Shown here: positions 10,512 through 20,954 of the stretch, one piece after another
Layout of the letters: each line of letters starts with the position of its first letter
Numbering within the stretch: position 1 is the first letter of the stretch
Origin: an uncultured cyanobacterium
GTDB lineage: Bacteria; Cyanobacteriota; Cyanobacteriia; Cyanobacteriales; Nostocaceae
Length of the DNA stretch: 64,000 nucleotides
NCBI GenBank assembly: GCA_963740315.1
Contig: CAVUDP010000002.1
Coordinates: forward strand, 864,001-928,000
Reading direction: 5' to 3'
Program-made: the position numbers and the translations under genes
Notes under the pieces: generated by a model
Databases searched by the model: none
What the model was told of the DNA's origin: nothing
What the model saw: the letters and a program-made list of their open reading frames with translations, nothing else

Positions 10512-10683
10512 ATGAGGAATTTTGGATTTTAGCAACGGATGCGGTTGTTTTAGCTTTTGGATTAGGTAGAAGTTAGGAGTGCGAGCGTCTCGCTCGCTCG
10601 CTCGCTATCTAACTACCCCCTCTCCCCCCTCTCCCCCCTCTACCCCATCTCCCCATCTCCCCATCTCCCCATCTCCCCATCTC

Positions 10684-11514
10684 CTATTCCTTAACAATGC
10701 CTTTCAATTTCGAGGTAAATGTTTCTGTGGAATCGCTTTTCTCTGGGGTGAATTGTTCGATGGGTGGATGATTTCTGGCTGGGGGAAGAAGCTTGGCTAA
10801 AGTTTTGCTTGAAGGTTTTTCTGGTTCAGATTCTTCTAAGGTAAATTCGGATTCTTTCTCAATATGCCTCGTTTCTATCAAGGTTCGCGATGTTGTGCGT
10901 TGAGCGGTTGATGCCTGGTTTGATGTCGTAAAAACCATACTAGTTGAGGCTGAAAGTGCTTTTGTGGCATTTCGGGGAGTGGAGTTTTCTTCGGTTTGGG
11001 CACTTGCTAATTCTGCTATATGGTTATTACTTTCGGGAGGCGTTTCTATGGCTTGTTGGTTATTTGCTTGATATGAGGTATTTAATGTCCGCGATGATTG
11101 ATAATTCCTCATTACGTCCTTGATGGTACGATGATTGCTTACGCTCGGTAATGCTGGTCGCAATGGTGGCAAGCTGTTCCATCTCAAATCTTCCGGTAAC
11201 TTGTTGCAAATTAAGCGCTCAAATTCCATGTTGAAATGGTAGCCGGGATGATTTCTTCTCAACCAAAGAGTTAATATTTGCTGCACCGAAACTGCTTTAT
11301 AACGTCCTTGATACAGTGCCTCAGTTATTGCCAAATGCACCCAATTCGACGGGTATTGGTTTTCCCAACGCTTTACTAACTCGCTGGCACTATACCCACC
11401 GAGGTCAAAACTGTAATGTGTTAATAAGGATACTGCCAAGCTGTTAGTCACATCCGAGGTTTGGGTGAACATGGGCTGAAAACTCGAGGTGATGGGCATA
11501 TATTCTGCTACCAT
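10684..11514 (-). CDS. ftn6: Ftn6-like cell-division protein with N-terminal DnaD-like domain
   Basis: LL.HYSFDLGGY...W...YP..WV.LA..EALYQGRYKA.SV.QIL..W.RR domain followed by a low-complexity tail; assignment from recollection. Confidence 0.55.
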   Translation of the reverse strand: MVAEYMPITSSFQPMFTQTSDVTNSLAVSLLTHYSFDLGGYSASELVKRWENQYPSNWVHLAITEALYQGRYKAVSVQQILTLWLRRNHPGYHFNMEFERLICNKLPEDLRWNSLPPLRPALPSVSNHRTIKDVMRNYQSSRTLNTSYQANNQQAIETPPESNNHIAELASAQTEENSTPRNATKALSASTSMVFTTSNQASTAQRTTSRTLIETRHIEKESEFTLEESEPEKPSSKTLAKLLPPARNHPPIEQFTPEKSDSTETFTSKLKGIVKE

Positions 11515-11675
11515 CTTTAAAAAAATTAAAGTACCTTTTGATACGTTGTAATGTTCCCAAGTATTTTAAATCTAATTGGGTAACTTCCTTATGAAGATGC
11601 AGCTAATAACAAATAATAAAACCTACTAAGGTGCGGCTAATGACGAATGAGTATATTTTACTTATCAATTGCCGC

Positions 11676-13757
11676 TTAGGGAAAAATTATATAAGGTGAG
11701 TTTATAGGAGGCGTGCGCTTTATGGCTACCAGTGCTTGATAAACCATTGCTGCTACTTCAGCTCGCGTTGCTTCCCGCTTTGGTTCAATTTTCTTGGGGT
11801 CTGGATAATTTACCACAATTCTCTGTTGTGTCGCAGTTGCAACTGCCGATCGCGCATATTTAGGAAGGGTTTGACTATCTGTAAAGTTTTGTAACGCATC
11901 ACCGTGAGCTGCTGTTAATCCAAGCCCGTTGACTAGAGATACAATCACTTGTAGGCGCCCGACGTTTTCGTGGGGACGAAAGGTACCATCGCTAAATCCT
12001 CCGACAAAACCGCCGCTCGCTGCTGCTGCGATCGCTCTATAAGTCCATGAATTGGCTGGGATGTCGAAAAAATTAACTCTCGATAGTTTGGGTGTGGGAT
12101 TAAAAGCTTTAACGACTAAGGCGGCGTATTGAGCGCGATTCATCGGTATATCCGGTTGATATGTACCGTCAGCGAAGCCACGAGTTAAATCTAGGCTAAC
12201 TAAAGTCCGGATAAATGGTTCCGCCCAATGTCCGGTTAAGTCGGTAAAGGAAGGCATAATATCTACATCGGGTTTAACAATGTAGGGAGAAGCAATCGGT
12301 TTTTGCCTGCCCAGGGCTACCAAAGCTTGATAAATTAATGCCACTACTTCAGCGCGGCTAATATCCCGTAAGGGTTCTAGTTGCTCGGTTTGCGGGTAAT
12401 TAACTACTAATAATTTTTGAGTCGCGATCGCGATTGCATTGGTAGCGTAACTGGGAACTTGAACGCGATCGCCATACATTGTCAAAATGTTGGGATTGCC
12501 GCCTTTGAGTTTCAAGCCGCTAACAATTGAGACTATGGCTTGAATTTTAGTTAAATTTTGTCCCGGACGAAACGAACCATCGGGAAAGCCGCTGATAAAG
12601 CCCATCCCAGCACCGCGATAAATGGCTGAAGCTGCCCAAAATTTTGCTTGAACGTCCGTAAATTTTCTGGGTTTATTTTTTAAAGCGAGTTGAAAAGTTT
12701 TGGAAATTACCGCCGCATACTGAGCGCGAGTAATTGGCGCGGATGGGGCAAACGTACCGTCGGGAAACCCGCTAATTAATCCTTTTTCATATATTGCTTC
12801 GATAAAAGATGCCGCCCAATGTCCGTTTAAATCAGGAAAACTACTATTAACCGATAGCTCGCGCTTGTCGGTAGTGGTAGCAACAAAGTCTACCAAACCT
12901 TTTACTAAAGTCGGATTTAATAAATTACCCGCCGATACTAATTTAATTGAGGTAGCATTTTGTACGTCGTATTCATGATTGTCGCGAAAAATGTTACCAG
13001 CAGGATCTTGAGAACTACCTAAATCGGGAGTTGAATCACCGTTGAGCAGCAAACCACCAGAAGAATTATCGGCAATCAGATTATATCTAAGTACGGGGCG
13101 TGCTTCTCGCGACAAAGCCATTGCCGTGCGGTTTTCTAATAATTTATTGTTAGCTATCAAAGGCGCGGCAAAATCGCTAATGGCAATACCGATAGGATTT
13201 TTTTGCATGACATTTCGCAATATTTCGCCTTTGGAATTGCGTGCCATTACCAGCCCAGCGGAACCATTTTGGAGAAAAACATTATCTAAAATTGCCGGTT
13301 TGGCATTACCGCTGATAAATATTCCTTCCCGGCGGCATTTGATAAAAGTATTATTAGCAACAGTAGGCGAAGTCGAGTCAATCCAAATACCCGTCCCCTT
13401 ATTAACTGGATTGGTAACGGTAACACCCATTAACTGGGCATCATCAGCCATCACCAGCGTAATATTTTGTAAGCCAAAGCTTTTAGTTTGATAGTCACCG
13501 CTTCCTTCAATTACAATACCTTGACCTTTAGTTGCTTCATTACCCACCACCCAGACACCACTAGGAATAATTAGTGGAAAGACTTCATCATTGGCACTCT
13601 GATAAATTCCAGAAGCTAATTGAACAATTGCAGGTGGACGAAGGTCATTTAAGGCATAAGTAAGACTTTTAAAAGGAGACAACCTCGAACCATTATTGTT
13701 ATCGCTACCAGTAACCGGGTTGACATAAACTGTGGTAGCTAAAGTTGAATTTACCAT
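11676..13757 (-). CDS. DUF1565/beta-helix protein with two sets of SLH domains
   Basis: VYVNPVTGSD, beta-helix repeats, then F.DL.GHWA...GF.DGTF.P...TRAQYAA SLH repeats. Confidence 0.88.
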   Translation of the reverse strand: MVNSTLATTVYVNPVTGSDNNNGSRLSPFKSLTYALNDLRPPAIVQLASGIYQSANDEVFPLIIPSGVWVVGNEATKGQGIVIEGSGDYQTKSFGLQNITLVMADDAQLMGVTVTNPVNKGTGIWIDSTSPTVANNTFIKCRREGIFISGNAKPAILDNVFLQNGSAGLVMARNSKGEILRNVMQKNPIGIAISDFAAPLIANNKLLENRTAMALSREARPVLRYNLIADNSSGGLLLNGDSTPDLGSSQDPAGNIFRDNHEYDVQNATSIKLVSAGNLLNPTLVKGLVDFVATTTDKRELSVNSSFPDLNGHWAASFIEAIYEKGLISGFPDGTFAPSAPITRAQYAAVISKTFQLALKNKPRKFTDVQAKFWAASAIYRGAGMGFISGFPDGSFRPGQNLTKIQAIVSIVSGLKLKGGNPNILTMYGDRVQVPSYATNAIAIATQKLLVVNYPQTEQLEPLRDISRAEVVALIYQALVALGRQKPIASPYIVKPDVDIMPSFTDLTGHWAEPFIRTLVSLDLTRGFADGTYQPDIPMNRAQYAALVVKAFNPTPKLSRVNFFDIPANSWTYRAIAAAASGGFVGGFSDGTFRPHENVGRLQVIVSLVNGLGLTAAHGDALQNFTDSQTLPKYARSAVATATQQRIVVNYPDPKKIEPKREATRAEVAAMVYQALVAIKRTPPINSPYIIFP

Positions 13758-14086
13758 TGTTTATAAAAAAGGGAATTGGGCATTGGGCATTGGGCTACCT
13801 CCCACCTACGGTGAATGGGGATGGGGGATTGGGAATTGGGGATTGGGGATTGAAAATAAAAATATTTAAATATCCTATAATCTAATTTTTTTCTGTGTTG
13901 TATGTAACTATCTATTAAATAGTATTTTTGGAGTAACAAAAACGGCTAGTAAGGTTAAAGGTCTGCATGTTAAAGGTCTGCATGTTAAATATCACTCCCA
14001 ACTCCTAATTTTTCCTATGCCCAATGCCCCATGCCCCATGCCCAATAGTATTAAGATAAATTTGTCGTATTATCGGACGCATATAA

Positions 14087-15085
14087 ATGATTGAAGTTGA
14101 ACATCTGAATAAAGTATACGGTTCTACCTCGGCGATCGAGGATGTAACTTTTAATGTTGAGGAAGGAGAGATCCTGGGATTTTTGGGACCTAACGGTGCT
14201 GGAAAAACCACTACCATGAGGATTTTGACTGGTTATCTTCCGGCTACGAGCGGTACGGCGCGGATTGCTGGTTTGGATGTCCACGAACATTCTTTGGCTG
14301 TAAGGCAGAGAATCGGCTATTTACCGGAGAATCCGCCACTATATCCGGAAATGTCGGTACAAGGTTTTTTGTTTTTTGTCGCACGTATTAAGGGGGTTAG
14401 TGCTGGCGATCGCAAAGCTAAAGTTACAGCAGCGATGGAACGCTGTAATTTAACAGAAAAACGTCATGTATTAATTCGCAAACTTTCTAAAGGATACCGT
14501 CAAAGAGTTGGTATTGCTCAAGCAATTGTCCACGATCCACCAGCGATAATTCTGGACGAACCCACCGTGGGATTAGATCCTCGACAAATCATAGATGTAC
14601 GAAATTTAATCAAAAGTCTTGCTGGTAGTCATACAATTATTATTTCTACGCATATTTTGCCAGAAGTCAGCATGACCTGTAACCGCGTTGCAATTATTAA
14701 TGGCGGTAAAGTGGTAGCAACTAATACCCTAGATAATTTAATGAGTGAATTAACTGGCGGTTCTGGCTATGAATTAGAGGTTGAAGGGGAAGTTGCTTTA
14801 GCAAAACAAATGTTGCAGAATTTACCCGATGTCGATCTGGTAGAATCAGTTCCGATGTTAGGAAGAGATGGTAAAAATCAACTCGAACAAAACCGCGTCA
14901 GAATCCGGGTAGTATCGCAACCGGGAACCGAACCAGGAAACGCGATCGCTTACTCTTTGTACCAAGCGGGATTTGGTTTGCACGAAATGCGGCGAATTAA
15001 CGCTACATTAGAAGACGTATTTTTACAGTTGACTCGCGAAGAAAAAACTTTAGAAACCCAGACAGAAGACGAGGAAGTAAATTAA
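14087..15085 (+). CDS. ABC transporter ATP-binding protein (GldA-like)
   Basis: GPNGAGKTT, LSKGYRQRVG, LDEPTVGLDP. Confidence 0.92.
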   Translation: MIEVEHLNKVYGSTSAIEDVTFNVEEGEILGFLGPNGAGKTTTMRILTGYLPATSGTARIAGLDVHEHSLAVRQRIGYLPENPPLYPEMSVQGFLFFVARIKGVSAGDRKAKVTAAMERCNLTEKRHVLIRKLSKGYRQRVGIAQAIVHDPPAIILDEPTVGLDPRQIIDVRNLIKSLAGSHTIIISTHILPEVSMTCNRVAIINGGKVVATNTLDNLMSELTGGSGYELEVEGEVALAKQMLQNLPDVDLVESVPMLGRDGKNQLEQNRVRIRVVSQPGTEPGNAIAYSLYQAGFGLHEMRRINATLEDVFLQLTREEKTLETQTEDEEVN

Positions 15086-15099
15086 GGAGTTGCGGCTTA

Positions 15100-15912
15100 A
15101 TGGGTATAGTACTAAGTAATATAATTGCTATTTATCGTCGGGAACTGCAAACCTATTTTGTATCGCCTTTAGCTTATGCGATCGCCGGTATTTTTTGGTT
15201 TTTAGCTGGATTATTTTTTGTCTTAATTTTGCTCGGTCCCGATGGAATTTTAGCAGCAGTTGCAAGCTATGAGTCGCAGGCACAAAGATTGGGAGTACCA
15301 ATACCCGCGATCGACGTTCCCTACGAATTTATCAAAGCATTTTTAGATCGGATGGGATGGCTTTTACTATTTATATTGCCGATTCTTTCGATGGGACTTT
15401 ATGCCGAAGAAAGAAAACGCGGAACTTTGGAACTGTTAGCCACATCTCCTATTACTAACTGGGCTGTAGCTGTAGGAAAACTATTAGGTGTTTTAACGTT
15501 TTTTATAACATTAATTTTACCGTTGATGGTATTAGAAGCGGTAGTTTTGAGCGCATCAGAACCAGCAGCCGTCGTGACAATTCCCCTACTAGGTCATTTA
15601 GGATTAATCTTGCTTGCAGCATCAATATTATCCTTGGGAATGTTTATTTCATCCTTAACAAACAGCACAATATTATCTGCCGTTCTAACATTTGCAGTAA
15701 TTTTAATGTTGTTATTTATAGATTTAGTAGCCAAAGCGATCGGCGGTTCTATAGGAGCAACTTTAGGTCATTTTTCTTTATTACAACATTACAACAACAT
15801 GATACAAGGGATATTTGACACTAGTAGTTTGATATTATTTGGCAGCTACATTATTTTAGGTATTTTTCTCACCGCGCAATCGATTGATGCATTTCGTTTT
15901 CAAAGGAATTAA
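15100..15912 (+). CDS. ABC-2 permease (GldF-like)
   Basis: Multiple TM helices, AEERKRGTLELLATSP motif; operon position. Confidence 0.9.
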   Translation: MGIVLSNIIAIYRRELQTYFVSPLAYAIAGIFWFLAGLFFVLILLGPDGILAAVASYESQAQRLGVPIPAIDVPYEFIKAFLDRMGWLLLFILPILSMGLYAEERKRGTLELLATSPITNWAVAVGKLLGVLTFFITLILPLMVLEAVVLSASEPAAVVTIPLLGHLGLILLAASILSLGMFISSLTNSTILSAVLTFAVILMLLFIDLVAKAIGGSIGATLGHFSLLQHYNNMIQGIFDTSSLILFGSYIILGIFLTAQSIDAFRFQRN

Positions 15913-15917
15913 GAATT

Positions 15918-16095
15918 GGTTGTTAGTTGTTAGTTGTTAGTTGTTAGTTGCTAGTTGCAGGGGAGATAATTCGTAATTTATTCTAAACTTCCACAAAATC
16001 TAAAATTTTTTAACTCCTAACTCCTAACCCCTAACTCCTAACTCCTAACTCCTGACTGCTAACTGTTCACTGTTCACTGTTCACTGTTCACTGTT
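15918..16095. repeat. STRR arrays inside the ABC operon
   Basis: (GTTGTTA)n, (TAACTCC)n, (CTGTTCA)n. Confidence 0.9.
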
Positions 16096-16100
16096 TACTG

Positions 16101-17741
16101 ATGAAGTATTTGATTTGGTTGGCACCGTTTTTGATAACTGCGGGTTTGACGGTGGGTTTTGTTTCAGAAGATTGGGGAACGATTCCGCTGATATTAATAA
16201 TATTAGGATTAGTGATTGCTGTAATGTGGCTGTTATGGCAAAGCTATTCTACTAAATGGTGGAGTCGTCGTTCTACTCAAGTTGGTGCTAATGCATTAAT
16301 TGCAACTTTGGCTGTAGTGGCAATTTTGGGATTAATTAATTTCTTGGCTACTCGCTATAATGTCCGTACCGATTTAACTGAAACTAATTTATTTACTCTT
16401 GCTCCTCAAACCCAAGAAGTCGTAGAAAATTTAGAGCAACCCGCGAAAGTGTGGGTGTTTGATGCCAATAAAAATCCTTTAGATGAGGATTTGTTGGAAA
16501 ATTACGCAAGACAAAGTAAAAATTTCAAGTTTGAATATGTAAATCCTTTAGCCAAACCGAGTTTAACTAATAAATTCGGTGTCAAAGATTATGGTGAAGT
16601 TTATTTAGAATCTGGAAAAAATCAACAATTAGTACAGGTTGTTAATGCACAAGAGCGTCTTTCTGAATCGAGATTAACTAATCGTTTGGCACAAATTTTT
16701 AATCCAAATATATCTAAAGTTTACTTTCTCCAAGGGCACGGGGAACGTCAATTAGAACGCGGACAAGACAATATTTCTCAGGCTGTTCAAGCTTTAGCTG
16801 ATAAGAATTATATCGCCGAGCCTTTGAATTTAACCCAAACTGCTCAAATTCCCTCGGATGCTGATACTGTAATTCTTGCAGGTCCCCAAAGGGCTTTATT
16901 AGACGGTGAAATTCAAGCTTTGCAAAACTATGTCAGTAATGGTGGTAATTTGTTAGTGATGGTTGACCCTGGTGTTGACCCCAAATTAGACACTTTGTTG
17001 CAAGAATGGGGTGTCGGTTTAGATAAACGTTTGGCAATTAATGCTTCAGAAAGCGCTCAACAACAACCTCCCGGTATATCTGTTGTCACCGATTACGGAG
17101 AACATCCGATAACCAAAGAGTTTCAAAATGGTATATCTATATATAAGTTAGCTCGACCAATTGAAACAATTACCGTTAATGGGATTGAAAGTACAACTTT
17201 ATTACGAACTCAACCATTACCCGCGAGTTGGGGTGAAAGCAACTGGGAAAGCGAAGAATTGGAATACAACGAAAATGTGGATATTCCAGGTCCCCTTACT
17301 TTAGGTGTCGCTTTAACAAGAAAAATCGCCGCGCAACCAACACCAACACCAACACCAACACCAACACCAACACCAACTTCCACAGCTACCCCCTCTCCCC
17401 CCTCTCCCACTCCTTCCCCCTCTCCAACTCCTACCCCAACACCAACACCCACAGCTTCAGGAAACAAACCTACAGAATCAAGAATGGTAGTATTCGGGGA
17501 TTCAGATTTTATTACAGATGGTTACTTCTCTCAACAATTAAATGGAGACGTATTTCTCAATTCAATTACCTGGTTGAGCAAACAAGATTCACAACCCCTT
17601 TCAATTCGTCCCAAAGAAGCCAAAAATCGTCGTCTCAACCTCTCTCAAGCACAAGCAAATCTCGTTGCATTATCTTCTGTATTAGTTTTACCCATACTTG
17701 CTTTTGCAGCAGCAGCACTTCTTTGGTTTCAAAGACGGTGA
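16101..17741 (+). CDS. GldG-family ABC auxiliary/substrate-binding protein
   Basis: DLT...FTL, YFLQGHGE, GDSDF..D, NGD.FLNS..WL motifs; PT-repeat insertion near C-terminus. Confidence 0.88.
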   Translation: MKYLIWLAPFLITAGLTVGFVSEDWGTIPLILIILGLVIAVMWLLWQSYSTKWWSRRSTQVGANALIATLAVVAILGLINFLATRYNVRTDLTETNLFTLAPQTQEVVENLEQPAKVWVFDANKNPLDEDLLENYARQSKNFKFEYVNPLAKPSLTNKFGVKDYGEVYLESGKNQQLVQVVNAQERLSESRLTNRLAQIFNPNISKVYFLQGHGERQLERGQDNISQAVQALADKNYIAEPLNLTQTAQIPSDADTVILAGPQRALLDGEIQALQNYVSNGGNLLVMVDPGVDPKLDTLLQEWGVGLDKRLAINASESAQQQPPGISVVTDYGEHPITKEFQNGISIYKLARPIETITVNGIESTTLLRTQPLPASWGESNWESEELEYNENVDIPGPLTLGVALTRKIAAQPTPTPTPTPTPTPTSTATPSPPSPTPSPSPTPTPTPTPTASGNKPTESRMVVFGDSDFITDGYFSQQLNGDVFLNSITWLSKQDSQPLSIRPKEAKNRRLNLSQAQANLVALSSVLVLPILAFAAAALLWFQRR

Positions 17742-17744
17742 AAA

Positions 17745-17950
17745 TCAGTTAACAGTTAACAGTGAGCAGTTAACAGTGAGCAGTTAACAGTGAGCAGTTA
17801 ACAGTGAGCAGTTAACAGTTAATAATTGATGAACTACAACTAACAACTAACAACTATCAACTATCAACTAACAACTAACAACTATCAACTATCAACTATC
17901 AACTAACAACTATCAACTATCAACTAACAACTAACAACTAACAACTATCA
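17745..17950. repeat. STRR arrays
   Basis: (CAGTGAGCAGTTAA)n then (CAACTAA/CAACTAT)n. Confidence 0.9.
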
Positions 17951-17960
17951 ATTGATTTTC

Positions 17961-18836
17961 ATGAAATTACAGCGAACAACTTTAGTTTTAATGCTGCTAG
18001 CAATCTTGTTGGGTGGTTTTGTTTATTTTTACGAGTTTCAATGGAAGTCTCAACAAGAGGTAGTTAAGAAAAAACAGCAGCAACTTTTCTCTTTTAAAGA
18101 AGAAGATGTTAAAAACCTGAAAATAACTACTCCCTCAGAAACTATCACTTTAGAACGTTCTCCGGAACCGGGTAAGACTGAGTGGTTGATGAAATCCCCC
18201 GATACCGTTCCTGCTAATGACGGTACGGTTGCTTATCTATTAGATTTGTTAGAAACGGAAAAAAGCGAGGCTCCTTCGGAGTCACTTCGTGAACGCACTG
18301 TAAATACTCCTACTTCTCAACTTTCGGAATTCGGCTTAAACCCACCCCAAGCAACTATTGATATTACGTTGAACGATGGAAAAACTCATAAATTAACTTT
18401 AGGTAAACCCAACTTTGATAACCGTTTTGTTTACGCTCAAAATAATTTTGCTAACAAACCAGATGGAAATGTTGAAGTAGTTTTAGTATCCAAGAAGTTT
18501 GAAAATGCAGTTAACCGTTCGCTCTTTGAATGGAAAGCTGTAGATAATAGTCAAAATCCTCCAACTCCAGGAGCTATCCCTACTCCTACCAATTCAACTC
18601 CAGGAGCTATTCCAACCATCAAACCAATTCCAGTTAATCCAACACCGAAATCGATTCCGAGTAATTCAACACCAAATCCTGCTTCTACTTCTGCTCCAAC
18701 TTCTACTTCTGCTCCAACTTCTACTTCTGCTCCAACTTCTACTTCTGCTCCAACTTCTACTTCTACTCCTACTCCTACTCCTACTCCTATAAAAAGCATA
18801 CCAACACAAACATCAAATCCATATACCAAAGAGTAA
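17961..18836 (+). CDS. DUF4340-family protein with Pro/Thr/Ser-rich tail
   Basis: ATG at 17961, N-terminal TM, L..FGL.PP and L.LG..N motifs; fourth gene of the Gld-type operon; 18-bp tandem repeat encoding STSAPT. Confidence 0.8.
   Translation: MKLQRTTLVLMLLAILLGGFVYFYEFQWKSQQEVVKKKQQQLFSFKEEDVKNLKITTPSETITLERSPEPGKTEWLMKSPDTVPANDGTVAYLLDLLETEKSEAPSESLRERTVNTPTSQLSEFGLNPPQATIDITLNDGKTHKLTLGKPNFDNRFVYAQNNFANKPDGNVEVVLVSKKFENAVNRSLFEWKAVDNSQNPPTPGAIPTPTNSTPGAIPTIKPIPVNPTPKSIPSNSTPNPASTSAPTSTSAPTSTSAPTSTSAPTSTSTPTPTPTPIKSIPTQTSNPYTKE
18270..18293. mobile_element. 24-nt double-hairpin in-frame insertion at a near-HIP1 site
   Basis: GCGAG|GCTCCTTCGGAGTCACTTCGTGAA|CGC; removal leaves GCGAGCGC, one mismatch from HIP1. 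Confidence 0.75.
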
Positions 18837-18941
18837 TATAGTGCCTAATAATTAATAAATTGGAAAAATATTGAAATAAAAATTGAGATAAAAATATATA
18901 AAAAAGATAATACCTAAATTAGATTTTAAATATAAAATTTA

Positions 18942-19214
18942 TCACTCGTCGCATAATTCTGCATCAGATAAATTTATTAACAAATTAATTACTTGCTTAT
19001 GCTTTTTATGAAACTTTAATAACTCTAAATAAGATATAGGTACAATTACAGGCCATAAAATTGTAGCCATGACTAAAATTAGCATTGAAAAATAGCGCTG
19101 TGCTAATTTCATTTCTGTATCGGCGATAAAAAAATCTAGCCAGTTCATAAAGAAACAACAAGCCATTATTAAATAAAATACAATCGCTAAATTCGTTATA
19201 ATTGTTTGGAGCAT
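18942..19214 (-). CDS. Small two-TM membrane protein, hypothetical
   Basis: ATG at 19214 (MLQTII...), two hydrophobic helices, WP.IVP.SYLELL motif. Confidence 0.65.
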   Translation of the reverse strand: MLQTIITNLAIVFYLIMACCFFMNWLDFFIADTEMKLAQRYFSMLILVMATILWPVIVPISYLELLKFHKKHKQVINLLINLSDAELCDE

Positions 19215-20061
19215 GATTGTGACAAGTATACCTATAAGTAAATTATCAACGACAAAAATTATAAAAGTTTGTTCCACGAACAAGTTTTTAGTTGGCTACC
19301 TTACTTGCAAAAACCACTTATTTGCGATCGGCTTCAAAATTGCAAAATATACAAACTTTGCTTAGTTATTAAAGAATCGCTTGATTTTATTTTATACAAC
19401 TTTTCATAAAAATATACTTACGGTTTATACAATTAAATTGAAAATTAGTTGTATCAATCTCAATTATAGCTAATCAGAATTAAGTAATAATTACTACCAT
19501 TACCAGCGAAAAGACAATATAGTTCTTAGATAAACTCCTGCAAACCCATCATAACCTTGCTCGTTTAGGGGGATAAAACAAAGACTATTCTATTTTTACA
19601 AAAAAAGGTAGTAATTGCAGTTCGGTTATGCACATAGACTATTTTAAGCCGTTTTAAAAGCTTATTAGGGAAAAGCAATACCAAAACATGGCACGCTATT
19701 CTTATACTATTATCTCAAATAAAGAATTTATAAAACAGTAAAAACCCTTATTTACACTTCATAAAAATTTAAACTTAACTGTATTTTTATCAAAGCTTTA
19801 CATCGTCTGGATTTAACAAAAATGATTTGTAAATACGATTTACATTTGTTAAAACTGACAAATTTATGATTATTTGCGGTTTCGTTGCGCGATCGCACGG
19901 TGAAAAATTCATGTTTTCACGATCGCAAACCGGGTTTCTTTGAGCTTCTACTCAAATGGTGCAAGATGTGAATTTTATAGACATTATTCAAACAGTAAAA
20001 ACCCTCCAATAGCTTAATTATTAGGAGGGTTGAGGGTAAGCATTATAATTTATCTATGGGA

Positions 20062-20622
20062 CTATCGATCGGATAAGTTTGAACGTAACTTTTGTTTAAA
20101 AGTCTGTACAACCTCAAACTTAAAAGTAGCAATCCGACGCTTACCTGCATAGATTTCTAATATATGTAACCCATCAGGATCTCCTGGGGAAGCAGTCCAA
20201 AAATTACTGAGTATACCTTTTTTAACGTTTGCAGTACGTTTTATAACTGATTTAGTACCATCAGGAGATAAAAAGAAATGTTCGGCATTATCTGTTCCCC
20301 AAGTTAAAGGGGGTTTTGGTAAAGTTAACACTTCCTGCCAAGTTAATTCACCTTGGTAGCCTTGAAGTTGAATGCGCCATCCATATACTTTTCCCTCTTG
20401 AAAAGGTACTTTAGTTGTTGGAATAAATGTGACTTTACCGTTTTTTCCAGTTCTTAATACTCCAAATTCAGCTTTTTTAACAATAATTGGTTTATTTGAT
20501 ATAATCGCTTTTGATTTTATAGTATTGTTTTTTCCTTCGTAAGCGATCGCTGTAGGAGAAGCTATAAGCGGCGATATCATTCCAAAAAAAGCTAACACAA
20601 GCGTAGTAGCCCAAATTTTCAT
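20062..20622 (-). CDS. Secreted hypothetical protein
   Basis: Signal peptide ending AIA, then a beta-rich domain (YGWRIQL, W...PGDP.G). Confidence 0.7.
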   Translation of the reverse strand: MKIWATTLVLAFFGMISPLIASPTAIAYEGKNNTIKSKAIISNKPIIVKKAEFGVLRTGKNGKVTFIPTTKVPFQEGKVYGWRIQLQGYQGELTWQEVLTLPKPPLTWGTDNAEHFFLSPDGTKSVIKRTANVKKGILSNFWTASPGDPDGLHILEIYAGKRRIATFKFEVVQTFKQKLRSNLSDR

Positions 20623-20873
20623 TTTGCTATCTATTTATGATATTTGGTTTTGCCTACGACGTTATAGCAAACGGATTTTGTATTCAGACATATGCGAACA
20701 TTTCTGCTGTAATATCTAATTCCGAAACCAGGAAGAGAGGGGGAGAGGGGGGAGGTGGGGAGATGGGGAGATGGGGAGATGGGGAGATGGGGAGATGGGG
20801 AGTAGGAGTTATATTTTTGTAGTGCGAGCGTCTCGCTCGCTAGATACCACGAACGAGCTAGTGTGTCCGGTTA

Positions 20874-20938
20874 AGAAGTCGGGTTTTTAGAATACGTATC
20901 TGTAATACACTTAAAAATTTTATAAAAACCCGACTTCT
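20874..20938. repeat. Dispersed inverted-repeat element AGAAGTCGGGTTTT...AAAACCCGACTTCT
   Basis: 14-bp perfect arms; second copy at 55788-55854 with a similar spacer. Confidence 0.8.
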
Positions 20939-20954
20939 TGCTAACTCCTAACTC

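Noticed and set aside
17210..17467. Antisense VG-repeat ORFs (also 18551-18829) and other ORFs overlapping long genes
   Set aside because: Shadow frames of Pro/Thr linkers or of real genes; no independent coding evidence.
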